Assembly: GCA_963700285.1 (NCBI GenBank)
Contig: CAVOXA010000001.1
Span: 1,632,001 to 1,696,000 of the forward strand
Source: an uncultured Chloroflexia bacterium
GTDB taxonomy: Bacteria; Chloroflexota; Anaerolineae; JAAYZQ01
Direction: 5' to 3'
Length of the DNA: 64,000 bases
Shown one piece after another: positions 11,468 to 21,073 of the stretch (its first letter is position 1; every line of letters begins with the position of its first letter). The notes below the pieces were generated by a model, which saw nothing but the letters and a program-made list of their open reading frames with translations, did not search any database and was not told the origin of the DNA. A program made the translations under genes and the position numbers.

Positions 11468-11686
11468 GTTGCGGCGAGGCGGGTTGGACGTCCAAGGATC
11501 GTACGCCTGCCCGCGTATTCAGCGATAGGCATGAAAACCCCGGTGGTAGTTCATGCCCGGCGCCCGGTAGAGGTAGCAGTCCGAGATCAGGCCGCAGACC
11601 TAGCCTTCGGCGTGCAGGATCTCGGCGGCTGTGACGTCCTCTCGGGCCAGCGGCTGCCATGAACGGAAAGGCAGTGTGTGCTGGCC
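11468..11686 (-). pseudogene. Internal fragment of a sulfatase-family gene with two in-frame stops
   Basis: Manual translation gives GQHTLPFRSWQPLAREDVTAAEILHAEG*VCGLISDCYLYRAPGMNYHRGFHAYR*IRGQAYDPW. The stops at 11600-11602 and 11519-11521 fall where Tyr and Trp are expected. Confidence 0.7.
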
Positions 11687-11743
11687 AAGGGAAACCTGAT
11701 TCTGACCTTGGCACGTTAGGCATGGTCGGAAGGCGTGGTCTGA

Positions 11744-13090
11744 CTACAGCAGGGCCAGAGTGAAGGGACGCTCGACGAGCTGCTTCACACGCTGCAAGAA
11801 GCGTGCCGCAGGCGCCCCGTCGATGAGGCGGTGGTCGAAGGACAGGCTCAAGGTCACCGTGTCCCGGACCACGACCTCGCGGCCCACGGCCACCGGCTTG
11901 GCCAGAATGCGGCCCACGCCCAGTATGGCGCTCTCCGGCGGGTTGATGATGGGCGTAAAGCCGTCGATCTCGAACATCCCCAGGTTGGTGATGGTAAAGG
12001 TGCCACCGGTCAGGTCGTCAGGCAGGCTTCTGCTGTCCAAAGCACGTCCGACAAGAACTTGAAGGCTTTGCTGGATCTCGATGAGGCTTTTGTCCGGCGC
12101 GTTGCGTATGACCGGCACCATTAGCCCGCGCTCAGTGTCTACGGCGACTCCCACGTTGACCTGAGGTAGCTCCTCGATGCCTGCTTGGGTGAAGCGTACG
12201 TTGACAAAGGGATACTCGGTCAAGGCGCGGGCGACGAGGGCGACCAGAAAGGCATCGTAGGAGACCTTTCGCTCCAGCTCGGCGATGGCCTGCTGGCGGG
12301 CGCTGACCAGGTTGGTGGCATCCGCTTCCGTGGTCAATGTGACGTGCGGCCGTTCCTGCCAACTGGACGACAGGCGTTCGGCGATGACAGCCCGCAGGCT
12401 CGACATGGGTTTGATGGAAACTGGTGCACCTACGCCAAGGGCTGGTTCTCCAGGCATTCCCTCTCGGGCGCGCTCGATGTCCTGGCGCATGATCCGCCCA
12501 CCGGGGCCAGTACCGGTGATGGCAGCAAGGTCCACATCATTCTGCGCTGCCAGTCTGCGGGCGATGGGTGTCGCCCTGATCTCTGGCTTGTCGGCTGCAG
12601 CGCGCTGGACATCGGCCACGACGATCATGTCTCGGGGGCCAGTTCCGGTGAGGGCATTCAGGGCGATACCGAGATCTCGGGCCAGTGCGCGGGCCTTGGG
12701 TGAGGCGCGCTGTGCGGCGGATCGTAGGTGATGCGTGCTGCGCGACGCCAGCGCCGCACCTTGAGACTCATGAACGCCGGGCGCGCCTCCAGCCTGCAAA
12801 GTCGCAGCGGGTGGGTGGGGTGCAGTTGCCAAAACCGGTTCGCCGCTGGCCAACACGGCTATGGGCTCCAGCACCGGAACGGTCTCGCCCTCGGGGATCA
12901 GGATGTGGAGAACGCCACTAGCCGGGGCCTCGATCTCGAGGGTCACCTTTTCGGTCTCGATGATGAGGAGGATCTCTCCGGCCTCGACCCGTTCGCCTTC
13001 TCCCCTGCGCCACTCCAGGATAGTAGCCTCAGTCATAGTCAGGCCCAATTTTGGCATGACCATCTGCTGGCCCTCTTCAGAACCTGTCAT
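11744..13090 (-). CDS. Dihydrolipoamide acyltransferase E2 (AcoC/PdhC-like)
   Basis: Lipoyl domain (MPKLGLTM, IETEKV), two peripheral-subunit-binding domains (ASPKARALA, ATPIARRLA) and catalytic DHRLIDG. ATG overlaps the upstream stop (ATGA). Confidence 0.93.
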   Translation of the reverse strand: MTGSEEGQQMVMPKLGLTMTEATILEWRRGEGERVEAGEILLIIETEKVTLEIEAPASGVLHILIPEGETVPVLEPIAVLASGEPVLATAPHPPAATLQAGGAPGVHESQGAALASRSTHHLRSAAQRASPKARALARDLGIALNALTGTGPRDMIVVADVQRAAADKPEIRATPIARRLAAQNDVDLAAITGTGPGGRIMRQDIERAREGMPGEPALGVGAPVSIKPMSSLRAVIAERLSSSWQERPHVTLTTEADATNLVSARQQAIAELERKVSYDAFLVALVARALTEYPFVNVRFTQAGIEELPQVNVGVAVDTERGLMVPVIRNAPDKSLIEIQQSLQVLVGRALDSRSLPDDLTGGTFTITNLGMFEIDGFTPIINPPESAILGVGRILAKPVAVGREVVVRDTVTLSLSFDHRLIDGAPAARFLQRVKQLVERPFTLALL

Positions 13091-13965
13091 TTTACACCCT
13101 GTTCCGTTCCACGCCGTTCCTTGGCGCGGTAGTGCTCGATGTACCTCTTGCCAAAGGGATCGTTGCCGGCCAGAAAATCGACGGCTCGGGCGCACTCTAC
13201 GAGGCCCGGTGTGGCGGGGTCAACCAGGGCGGCGTCCAGCCCCCAGGGTACGGCCGCCAGCAGATAGGCCAGGTCAATGCGCGTCTGGTCCGGCATGCCA
13301 AACCCAGCGTTCCCGATGCCCAGGATGGTGGCGACGCCCAATTCCTCCCGCAGCGCGCTGAGGGTTTCCAACGTCACCTGCATGGAGCCAGGCTCGGCCG
13401 CAGATGCCAGGCAGATGGCGTCGATGACCACGTCCTCGCGAGGGATGCCCTGGTGCCCGGCGGCTTTGATGATCACCTGCGCTTCGGCCAGCCTGCCCTC
13501 AACGGTTTTGGGCATGCCGTGCAAGTGTCCGATGGGCATGCCAACGATGGCCGCGCCATACTTGTGGGCCACAGGCAGCAGGGATTCCAGGGAATCGGCT
13601 TCGGCGGTGACTGAATTGATCAGCGCCTTGTGGGGCGCCAGGGCCTGCAGGGCGGCCTCAATAGCCTCCGGGTTGCGCGAGTCCAGCGCGATGGGACAGC
13701 CAATCTCTTCCGAAATCGTTGCTGCGATCTTGGGCAGAAGAGCAACTTCATCGAGGTCCGGATGGTTGATAAGGATGTCGACCATGTCCGTGCCGATCTG
13801 CTGGCCAAAATGCGCCAGGTTGAGGAGCCTATCCACCTTGCCCTCCCGCAGATCGGCCAGCACACCGGGGCTCTGGTCCATCACGCGCAACTGGTCATTG
13901 ATAAGCAGCGTTGGCAGACTAGATCCGAATTGTAGGGTACCGGCAGGTGAGGAGAGGGTCGTCAC
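13087..13965 (-). CDS. Pterin-binding methyltransferase (AcsE / MetH folate-binding domain-like)
   Basis: MVDI, IALDSRNP, LINSVT, DVVID and GIGNAGFGMP (compare GLSNISFGLP). Confidence 0.75.
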   Translation of the reverse strand: MTTLSSPAGTLQFGSSLPTLLINDQLRVMDQSPGVLADLREGKVDRLLNLAHFGQQIGTDMVDILINHPDLDEVALLPKIAATISEEIGCPIALDSRNPEAIEAALQALAPHKALINSVTAEADSLESLLPVAHKYGAAIVGMPIGHLHGMPKTVEGRLAEAQVIIKAAGHQGIPREDVVIDAICLASAAEPGSMQVTLETLSALREELGVATILGIGNAGFGMPDQTRIDLAYLLAAVPWGLDAALVDPATPGLVECARAVDFLAGNDPFGKRYIEHYRAKERRGTEQGVK

Positions 13966-13979
13966 AAGAAGTCAGCCTC

Positions 13980-14837
13980 CTAGAAGTACAGAAACCAGCC
14001 GAACCGGCCAAAGCCGATGGTAAAGTAGAGGACAGCCGCCAAGACGAACAAAGTCACAAAAAGGATAATGACGGACCAGTCCAACGCCGATAGAATTGAC
14101 TCGTGCAGGTATGTGCGCTCGCCGCTGCCGGTGAAGGCCTTCGATTGCAGAACAACCTCGAGCGCCTGCGACTTGACCATTGCGCCCAAGATCAATGGGA
14201 TGGCTACCTTGCCATAGACACGGACGCGCTTTATCGGCCCCATCTTTTCCATGGCCAGCCCTCGCAGGCGCTGGGCTTCGATGATGGTCTGGATCTCTTC
14301 GAAGAGTAGCGGGAAAAAGCGGATGGTCGAGGAAAAAATGAAAACGAGCTTGTAGGGGATCTTGGCCCGGACCATGCCGACGATCATGTTGTTCACATCT
14401 GTGGTGAAAATGGCTACCGGCAGCACCAGGACCAGAGTAAGCGTCTTAAAGATCACAGCTACGCCGTAAATAAAGCCCTCTACCGACATACTCGCACCAC
14501 CGATGAGCCACCAGTTTTCAGGGAATGTGAAGAGAGGATGCAGCGTCTCTTGTTGCGTGAGCGCCTTCACTTGCTCCGTATTCCAAAAACCATGTGTAAT
14601 CAGCAGTAGAATATAGAATGGGATCATCATGGTGAAGATGGTTCTGATATAACTACCCTTGACGCCGGCCAGAAGACTGATGACGACGATAAAGATCAAC
14701 AATCCCGCCAGGGCGATTGGGCTTTCCCAGACAAAGGCCACAGTACTGACGACGGCCACCATCACAAGCTTGGGCCTAAAGTCCATCTTGGTAAAGATCG
14801 AGTCGCGCTCGACCGTTTGGAACTGCATCGTGCTCAT
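13980..14837 (-). CDS. ECF transporter transmembrane component T
   Basis: DFRPKL, IRFFPLL..E...IIEAQRLRG and LQSKAF; start re-placed at MSTMQF after AAGGA. Confidence 0.9.
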   Translation of the reverse strand: MSTMQFQTVERDSIFTKMDFRPKLVMVAVVSTVAFVWESPIALAGLLIFIVVISLLAGVKGSYIRTIFTMMIPFYILLLITHGFWNTEQVKALTQQETLHPLFTFPENWWLIGGASMSVEGFIYGVAVIFKTLTLVLVLPVAIFTTDVNNMIVGMVRAKIPYKLVFIFSSTIRFFPLLFEEIQTIIEAQRLRGLAMEKMGPIKRVRVYGKVAIPLILGAMVKSQALEVVLQSKAFTGSGERTYLHESILSALDWSVIILFVTLFVLAAVLYFTIGFGRFGWFLYF

Positions 14838-14850
14838 GCTGCCGGTCCTT

Positions 14851-16575
14851 TCACTTTGGACTTGGAATGAAGCAGCTCGCCACTTCCTCAGGCGTAAGAA
14901 GGTTGTAGCCGTCCTGCTCTCCCCCGGTGAGATGCTGCGCCAACAGAACGGCTTGGGGAGGGCTGAGGAAGGTGGATCGCAGTACCTCGGTCTGATGATA
15001 CGCCTCACGGATGGGTGCATCGAGCAAGACTGTGCCTTTTCCCATGACGATGACGCGTTCTGCATAGTCGGGCATGAGGTAGAGGTGATGGGTGATCACG
15101 ATCACGGTCTTGCCCATCTCGTGCAACCGCTGGCTGACCTCCAGGATATACTTGGCGCCCTGGAAGTCTTGGCCAGTGGTCGGCTCATCAAAGATAATGA
15201 TATCGGGCTTCATGGCCAAAATGGCAGCGATCACGATCCGCGCCCGGTCGCCCTTGGGCAGCGAGAGAGGATGTTGCTGGCGTACTTCCAACAAGCCCAT
15301 GGACGCCAGGCTCTCCGTCGTGCGGGCCTCTACCTCGTCCTCGGGGTAGTCGAGGTTCACCAAAGCGAACTTGACTTCATCCTCAACCGTCGGATTAAAG
15401 ATCTGATTATCGGGGTTCTGAGCCACGTAGCCGATCTCTCGGGCCAGGCCGCTTACCGTCAGCTCCCGGGTATCGGTCCCAGCGACGACAACGTCCCCCT
15501 TGGTCGGTTCTAGCAGTCTAAGAAAGTGCTTGACGAGCGTGGTCTTGCCCGCGCCGTTCTGGCCTATGATGAGTACGTATTCACCAGCGTGGATGTCGAG
15601 GGATATGCCGTGCAGAGCCTCGGTTCCATCCGGGTAGGTGTGCTCTAGATCCTTTACCGATAGAAGTGGCTCGCCGCCCTGTACGGGGGGGTTGGGCGGT
15701 AAGTCAGGTGGTACCGGTTCGCAGCGGCCCTGCAAGTCATCGAGTGCGGCTATCCCCGGTTCCAACTGGACTGGGATGTTCGTCACAGGAGCACCGCCCT
15801 CGCGGGCCAGATAAAAAGTACTGGCCACCTGCGGTGGTCGGAGAAAGTGTTCCTCGAGGAGATCGATCTGAGAGTAGATCTCTTGCGGTGTGCCGGTGGT
15901 GACTAGACTGCCGTGGGAGAGCAGGGCCAGCCTGTCGGCGTACTCGGCCATCTCTTCGGCGGCGTGGCTGGTCATGACGATAGTCATTCCCAGGACCTTG
16001 TTCAGCTCGCGAACGGTGGCGAAAACCTCCTCCGTTCCGACCGGGTCGAGCTGGGAGGTGGGCTCATCCAGAATCAGGAGCTTGGGTGTCATGGCCAGGG
16101 CCGCGGCAATGGACAGGCGCTGCTTCTGACCTCCCGACAGTTCGTGGGGGTGTTTCTTCTCGGTACCCTCAAGGCGTACCGCTTCCAGGACGCGGGGGAT
16201 ACGCTCCAGAATCTGCTCGCGAGGCACGCATAGGTTTTCAAGGGCGAAAGCAATCTCATTCTCAACCGAGGTGGCAATAAGCTGCGTTTCAGGATCCTGA
16301 AAGACCGCCCCGACATGCCGAGCCATCTGGTTGATGGGGTTATCGAGCGTGTCTAGGCCTGCCACGGTCGCCTTGCCGAAAAAGCGTCCCTGATAAAACT
16401 GAGGTACGATACCGTTCAGGGTCAGGGAGAGCGTGGTCTTGCCTGCACCGGTTGGGCCGATGAGACCCAAGAATTCGCCCTGGTGGATCTCGAGGGAGAT
16501 GTCCTTCAGGACCGGCTCAAGGGAGCGTGGGTACATGTAGGACACGCTCTCCAGGGCAGCAATGACTTCTTTCAT
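14851..16575 (-). CDS. ECF transporter fused double ATPase (A-A')
   Basis: Two Walker A motifs (GPTGAGKT, GQNGAGKT), FQDPETQ/AQNPDNQ, LSGGQKQR and two DEPT motifs. Confidence 0.93.
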   Translation of the reverse strand: MKEVIAALESVSYMYPRSLEPVLKDISLEIHQGEFLGLIGPTGAGKTTLSLTLNGIVPQFYQGRFFGKATVAGLDTLDNPINQMARHVGAVFQDPETQLIATSVENEIAFALENLCVPREQILERIPRVLEAVRLEGTEKKHPHELSGGQKQRLSIAAALAMTPKLLILDEPTSQLDPVGTEEVFATVRELNKVLGMTIVMTSHAAEEMAEYADRLALLSHGSLVTTGTPQEIYSQIDLLEEHFLRPPQVASTFYLAREGGAPVTNIPVQLEPGIAALDDLQGRCEPVPPDLPPNPPVQGGEPLLSVKDLEHTYPDGTEALHGISLDIHAGEYVLIIGQNGAGKTTLVKHFLRLLEPTKGDVVVAGTDTRELTVSGLAREIGYVAQNPDNQIFNPTVEDEVKFALVNLDYPEDEVEARTTESLASMGLLEVRQQHPLSLPKGDRARIVIAAILAMKPDIIIFDEPTTGQDFQGAKYILEVSQRLHEMGKTVIVITHHLYLMPDYAERVIVMGKGTVLLDAPIREAYHQTEVLRSTFLSPPQAVLLAQHLTGGEQDGYNLLTPEEVASCFIPSPK

Positions 16576-16708
16576 AGATTCGCTCCAGGCACTGAACTGT
16601 GCCTGGGGAAGACGGGTATGGAACCCCGTCTCCCCCAAACATGCTGCTGGCCCAAGAGGCCAGCGGGTGTGGTTAGCAGAAACCCCCGTACCGTTTCTGT
16701 GGCAGTGC

Positions 16709-17491
16709 TTAATAGATGGCCCAGGTAGGCTTGACCAGGCCGATGGCTCGCAGGCCGGCGATGACGCCTGTACCGATGACCGTGCCGATCAAGCAACGCA
16801 TCAGGTTCTCGAAGGGGATGATGGGAATGAGCATGGTCCATACTTCTTCGGGCCAATTGAACATAAAGTATGTGATGCAGGAAGCCACCACGTGGGCAAT
16901 GCCCGAGATCATCCACGTACCCAGGAACAGGCCGAGAGCGGTCTTGGCCAAGCTCTTGTCGTTGATCCAGCGTGCAAATAGGGTCCGGGTCGGCAGGATC
17001 CACAGGATGATAGCCGACCAGTCGAGGAATGAGCCAGCAATGGCTGCATATGGGCTGACGCCGTTCTGGACAATTGCCCGGCCAGCGAACAGGACGTAAG
17101 CGATGATGAAAAGCACAGCCAACGGGATCCACCACTTTGTTCGCTCGTCCTTGATGACCATCGAACCAGCGGCAAAGCTGGCAATCGCAGCCCAGATCAT
17201 ACTAACGGCTGGTACTCCAGCGGTGTGGGGCGCCAAAAAGACACCTACCAGGGCGCCAATTCCGCTGGCGATCGCTCCGGCGATGGGTCCCAGCAGCCAG
17301 CCGACAAGGGCAAAGATGCCCTGGCTCATGGGGAAGCTGCCCCCAGAAGCCAAGATGACGGAGAAGGGGATGAAGGCCAGGGCGGTCACGACGGCCGCCA
17401 GCACGACGATGTAGGCAATGGGCGCTCCATCAATGGCCGCCCCACCCAGGAACTTGACTTCACGCTCTTGACCAGCAGGTGCCTCAGACAT
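16709..17491 (-). CDS. ECF transporter substrate-specific S component (substrate unknown)
   Basis: Highly hydrophobic with LLGPIAGAIASGIG; lies directly upstream of the ECF A-A' and T genes. Confidence 0.75.
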   Translation of the reverse strand: MSEAPAGQEREVKFLGGAAIDGAPIAYIVVLAAVVTALAFIPFSVILASGGSFPMSQGIFALVGWLLGPIAGAIASGIGALVGVFLAPHTAGVPAVSMIWAAIASFAAGSMVIKDERTKWWIPLAVLFIIAYVLFAGRAIVQNGVSPYAAIAGSFLDWSAIILWILPTRTLFARWINDKSLAKTALGLFLGTWMISGIAHVVASCITYFMFNWPEEVWTMLIPIIPFENLMRCLIGTVIGTGVIAGLRAIGLVKPTWAIY

Positions 17492-17676
17492 TTTTACTCC
17501 CTCCTTGGATGAAATATGACTTGCCCCGTTGCCAAGTCGCCCATGAATGTACCCAAATGCCGACTGTCATCACAAAGGTTAATGCATTGGCCCTCCTTTC
17601 TCTGTACCCCCTCATGCCCAGACCAAGACCCTATGGCCAGGAACTGGCGGAAAACCGGCAAAGCGTCACTCTTGGA

Positions 17677-18858
17677 TCAGGGAACTACCTCGTTCAACTC
17701 CTCCAGCAACCTGCGTTGGACCTCAGGGCCACAGCCACGTGACGCTGCCGCCTGGGCAATGGGTTCCCAATGGGGAACGGGCGTGTCCCGCCAGGGGATG
17801 CCATACGTGTCAAAGACCACGCGTGTCTCTGGCCACATCTCGGCCACAGCTCTGACGGCCATGAGGCGGCCGATGGGTTTGGCCACACCATCAGGGAGGA
17901 CGGTGGGCATTTGCTCTACACCCAGGCTGTCCTCTATGTCTTCTGTGTGCTCTGCGGCTGGCGGCTTTGGGGACACCACCATACCCAACAAGCGGGCGGC
18001 GTTGGCCCCCATGATATCCAGGTACACATCCTCATCTAGCCCCAGGGCATCGATCTCTTGCAGAAATGGTGCATAGCCGGGATTGCTCTGCTTGTCGGGA
18101 CAGATCAGGAGGGGATAGTCTGAACCGAACAGTATCTTTCTGTGGTCCACACACTGTAGCGCAACCTTCAAGATCTCTTCCGTCGGAAAGAGCAAAGGCG
18201 ACGCGGCCATGTCGTACCATACGTTCTCGAGATCTCGCTTCACCTCGGGCATGATCTCGTAGAAAAAGAGACCTCCACCCCAATGGGCCAAGATCAGCCT
18301 GAGCTCGGGGTAGCGTTGAGCCAACCGGTGAAATTGTCGCAGTGGAGTCGTGCTCTTGCCCAGGTAGTAATGACCGATCTCTTCGCTGACGTGCAGGTTC
18401 AGGGGCAGGTCAAGGTCGATACAGGCTTCCACAACTCGCGAAAAGTCGGGATCATCCAGCTCAAAGCCCTGACTATAAGCTCCCAGTTCCCCCACCCCCC
18501 GCATGCCAGCGTCGTAGCAGCGCTTGAGTTCATCGAGTGCTTTCTGTCCAGCCCTGGGCTGGATGACGGCAAACGGTATCACCCGTCCAGGAAAACGGCG
18601 GGCGATCTCGATGCCCTGGTCGTTCCTGGCAACGCAGTTGCTGTGGTTCTGCTGGCTCTCGCCCAAAAGCACCACATTGTCAATGCCGGCTCGGTCCATG
18701 TCGGCTAGCATGCGCTCGGGCGTCGCCCAGCCTTGCTCTGCATGGTTGGCTGCCTCTGGCGTGATCAAGAGGCCCCAATAAGGTTCTCGCTCGGCGAATC
18801 CTTCGAGATCCTCAACCATGGAGGGAGGTGTATAGTGCGCATGGACGTCGATTCGCAC
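17677..18858 (-). CDS. Amidohydrolase-family protein (Amidohydro_2-like) with C-terminal DUF1858/ScdA_N-like domain
   Basis: IDVHAH, AHWGGG and LFGSDYP; C-terminal AVRAVAEMWPETRVVFDTYGI...IAQAA. Confidence 0.8.
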   Translation of the reverse strand: MRIDVHAHYTPPSMVEDLEGFAEREPYWGLLITPEAANHAEQGWATPERMLADMDRAGIDNVVLLGESQQNHSNCVARNDQGIEIARRFPGRVIPFAVIQPRAGQKALDELKRCYDAGMRGVGELGAYSQGFELDDPDFSRVVEACIDLDLPLNLHVSEEIGHYYLGKSTTPLRQFHRLAQRYPELRLILAHWGGGLFFYEIMPEVKRDLENVWYDMAASPLLFPTEEILKVALQCVDHRKILFGSDYPLLICPDKQSNPGYAPFLQEIDALGLDEDVYLDIMGANAARLLGMVVSPKPPAAEHTEDIEDSLGVEQMPTVLPDGVAKPIGRLMAVRAVAEMWPETRVVFDTYGIPWRDTPVPHWEPIAQAAASRGCGPEVQRRLLEELNEVVP

Positions 18859-18924
18859 TGCAATCCTCCTGTGTGCGTGGTGCCCTGGCTCGGAACAGCG
18901 TCTAGTGTTCGACAGAGGCCTGAA

Positions 18925-19938
18925 CTAGCTCCTGGCAGCTGGGAAGAGCGACCTGGCGGCCGCAATGATGTCCTGTACACCGGGCAGGACAAAGTCTTCG
19001 AGAATCGGGCTGTAGGGCAGAGGTACGTTCCTGGCCGCCACTCGGGCGATGGGTCCATCCAGGTATTCGATGGCTTCCTCGGCCAACACCGCCGCGATCT
19101 CGGCCCCGGGACCCGACCGCCGGTGGGCCTCGTGGGCAATGATCACCCGGCTGGTCTTGGCCACAGATTGGATCAGTGCTTCCTTGTCCAGGGGTACCAG
19201 CGTGCGCGGGTCGATCACCTCGGTGCTGACCCCCTCCTCAGCCAGGGTTTCGGCCGCCTCCAACGCTTTGGGCACCATGGCGCCGATGGCGATGAGGGTC
19301 AGATCGCTGCCCTCGCGCAGCACCGAGGCTTGCCCAAAGGGGACCACAAAATCCGGATCTTGAGGCACAGGTCCTCGCTCGGCGTAGAGCATCTTGTGCT
19401 CAAAAAAGATCACTGGGTCCTCGCCCCGAATGGCCGACTTGAGCAACCCCTTGGCATCGGCGGGTGAAGTGGGCACGGCGAATTTGAGGCCCGGTACGTT
19501 CAAAAACCAGGACTCTGGGCTCTGGGAGTGTTGTGCCGCGGCCGACCCCGGAGCACCAGAGGTTACGCGGATGGTCAAGGGCACGCTGGCCTTGCCACCG
19601 CTCATAAAGCGGGCCTTGGCCACCTGGTTGACGATCTGATCGCCGGCACACATCAAAAAGTCGCCGAACATGATTTCGGCGATGGGGCGCATACCCATCA
19701 TCGCTGCGCCCAGCCCTGCGCCGACGATGGCAATCTCGCTGATGGGCGTGTCGCGCACTCGCTCCTCTCCAAATTCTTCCAGCATGCCGGCAGACACGCC
19801 CCAGACACCGCCAAAGGCGCCCACGTCCTCGCCGAACAAAAAGACACTGGCATCGCGGCGCATCTCTTCCACCATGGCTTCGCGTATCGCTTCAGAGAAC
19901 GAGAGTACTCTTGTGATCTCGTCTGTATTCTTTGACAT
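18925..19938 (-). CDS. TPP-dependent dehydrogenase E1 beta subunit (AcoB/PdhB-like)
   Basis: GEDVG, RVRDTPISE, AAQHSQ, DAKGLL and IDPRTL. Confidence 0.95.
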   Translation of the reverse strand: MSKNTDEITRVLSFSEAIREAMVEEMRRDASVFLFGEDVGAFGGVWGVSAGMLEEFGEERVRDTPISEIAIVGAGLGAAMMGMRPIAEIMFGDFLMCAGDQIVNQVAKARFMSGGKASVPLTIRVTSGAPGSAAAQHSQSPESWFLNVPGLKFAVPTSPADAKGLLKSAIRGEDPVIFFEHKMLYAERGPVPQDPDFVVPFGQASVLREGSDLTLIAIGAMVPKALEAAETLAEEGVSTEVIDPRTLVPLDKEALIQSVAKTSRVIIAHEAHRRSGPGAEIAAVLAEEAIEYLDGPIARVAARNVPLPYSPILEDFVLPGVQDIIAAARSLFPAARS

Positions 19939-19947
19939 AAAAGACCT

Positions 19948-20979
19948 CTAGAAGACCAGCCCGTCGTGGCTGTCGCCGTACACTCCCTGCAGCGCGTCGT
20001 CGGGCTGTGGCATGGATGCAGATTCGGCAAAGGCCACGGCATCGTCGAGCAGCCGCTGAACGTCTCTTTCGATTCCCTGAACCGCGGCCTCCTCGAGGAG
20101 GCCAGAATCCAGAAGCTGTTGCCGGAAGGCGGGGATGGGATCACGGGCCTGCCAGGCTTCCATCTCGCCGGGCGGGCGGTAGATCTGAGGGTCGCCCTCG
20201 TAGTGGCCGCGGTATCGATAAGTCTTGGCTTCGACAAAGGATGGCCCTTGCCCGGAACGGGCCCGCACGGCTGCTTCCCGGACTGTTTCATAGACGCTCA
20301 AGACGTCGTTGCCGTCCACAATGGTGCCCGGAAAGCCATATCCCTCGGCCCGCACCGCCAGGTCAGCGACGGGAGCTTGTTTTGATTGGGGCGTCCCTTC
20401 TCCGTACAGGTTATTCTCACAGAAAAAGACAACGGGCAACCCCCACAGACCAGCCAGGTTGGCGGCCTCGTGGAAGGCGCCTTCGTTCACAGCGCCGTCG
20501 CCAAAAAAGGACAGAGCGACGCGCTTCTCGCCGCGCATGGCAAAGGCAAGGGCCGCCCCGACGGCAATGGGGATGCCCCCGGCCACGATGCCGTTGGCGC
20601 CCAGGATGCCCAGATCAAAGTCAGCGATGTGCAGCGATCCGCCCCTCCCGCGGCAGTAGCCCTCGGAGCGGGCTGCCAGCTCTGCCATCATGAAGCGAGG
20701 ATCGCCGCCTTTGGCAATCAGGTGTCCGTGTCCGCGGTGGGTACTGGTGATCACATCCTCCGTGTCGAGCGCCATGCATGCGCCCACTGCGGTTGCTTCT
20801 TGCCCCACACAGGAATGAATAAAACCGGGGATCAGACCACCTCGGCGTTCCTTGATGGCCCGCAGTTCAAATTGTCGGACCATCGTCATGCGCCGGAATA
20901 TCTCTGCCAGGCGATCTGGGGAATAGGCTGTTAGGCAGCTCTTGGCTTCTGCTTCGTTATTGGGGTTATCTGTGGACAT
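19948..20979 (-). CDS. TPP-dependent dehydrogenase E1 alpha subunit (AcoA/PdhA-like)
   Basis: GFIHSCVGQEA, HRGHGH, GRGGSLH, TPP motif GDGA..N and TYRYRGH. Confidence 0.95.
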   Translation of the reverse strand: MSTDNPNNEAEAKSCLTAYSPDRLAEIFRRMTMVRQFELRAIKERRGGLIPGFIHSCVGQEATAVGACMALDTEDVITSTHRGHGHLIAKGGDPRFMMAELAARSEGYCRGRGGSLHIADFDLGILGANGIVAGGIPIAVGAALAFAMRGEKRVALSFFGDGAVNEGAFHEAANLAGLWGLPVVFFCENNLYGEGTPQSKQAPVADLAVRAEGYGFPGTIVDGNDVLSVYETVREAAVRARSGQGPSFVEAKTYRYRGHYEGDPQIYRPPGEMEAWQARDPIPAFRQQLLDSGLLEEAAVQGIERDVQRLLDDAVAFAESASMPQPDDALQGVYGDSHDGLVF

Positions 20980-21073
20980 CCTCGTCTGCTCAACTCAATT
21001 GGGTTGGAATCATGGCCAGCCCTGACCGGTTAGTTCCCTGCTATCAGACCGCCGAGCCATTACTATGGGTTGG

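Noticed and set aside
11519-11602. Stop-codon recoding (Sec or Pyl) in the sulfatase fragment
   Set aside because: Each stop is a single-base change from a Tyr or Trp codon, the fragment lacks both ends, and TAG and TGA are normal stops elsewhere in the window.
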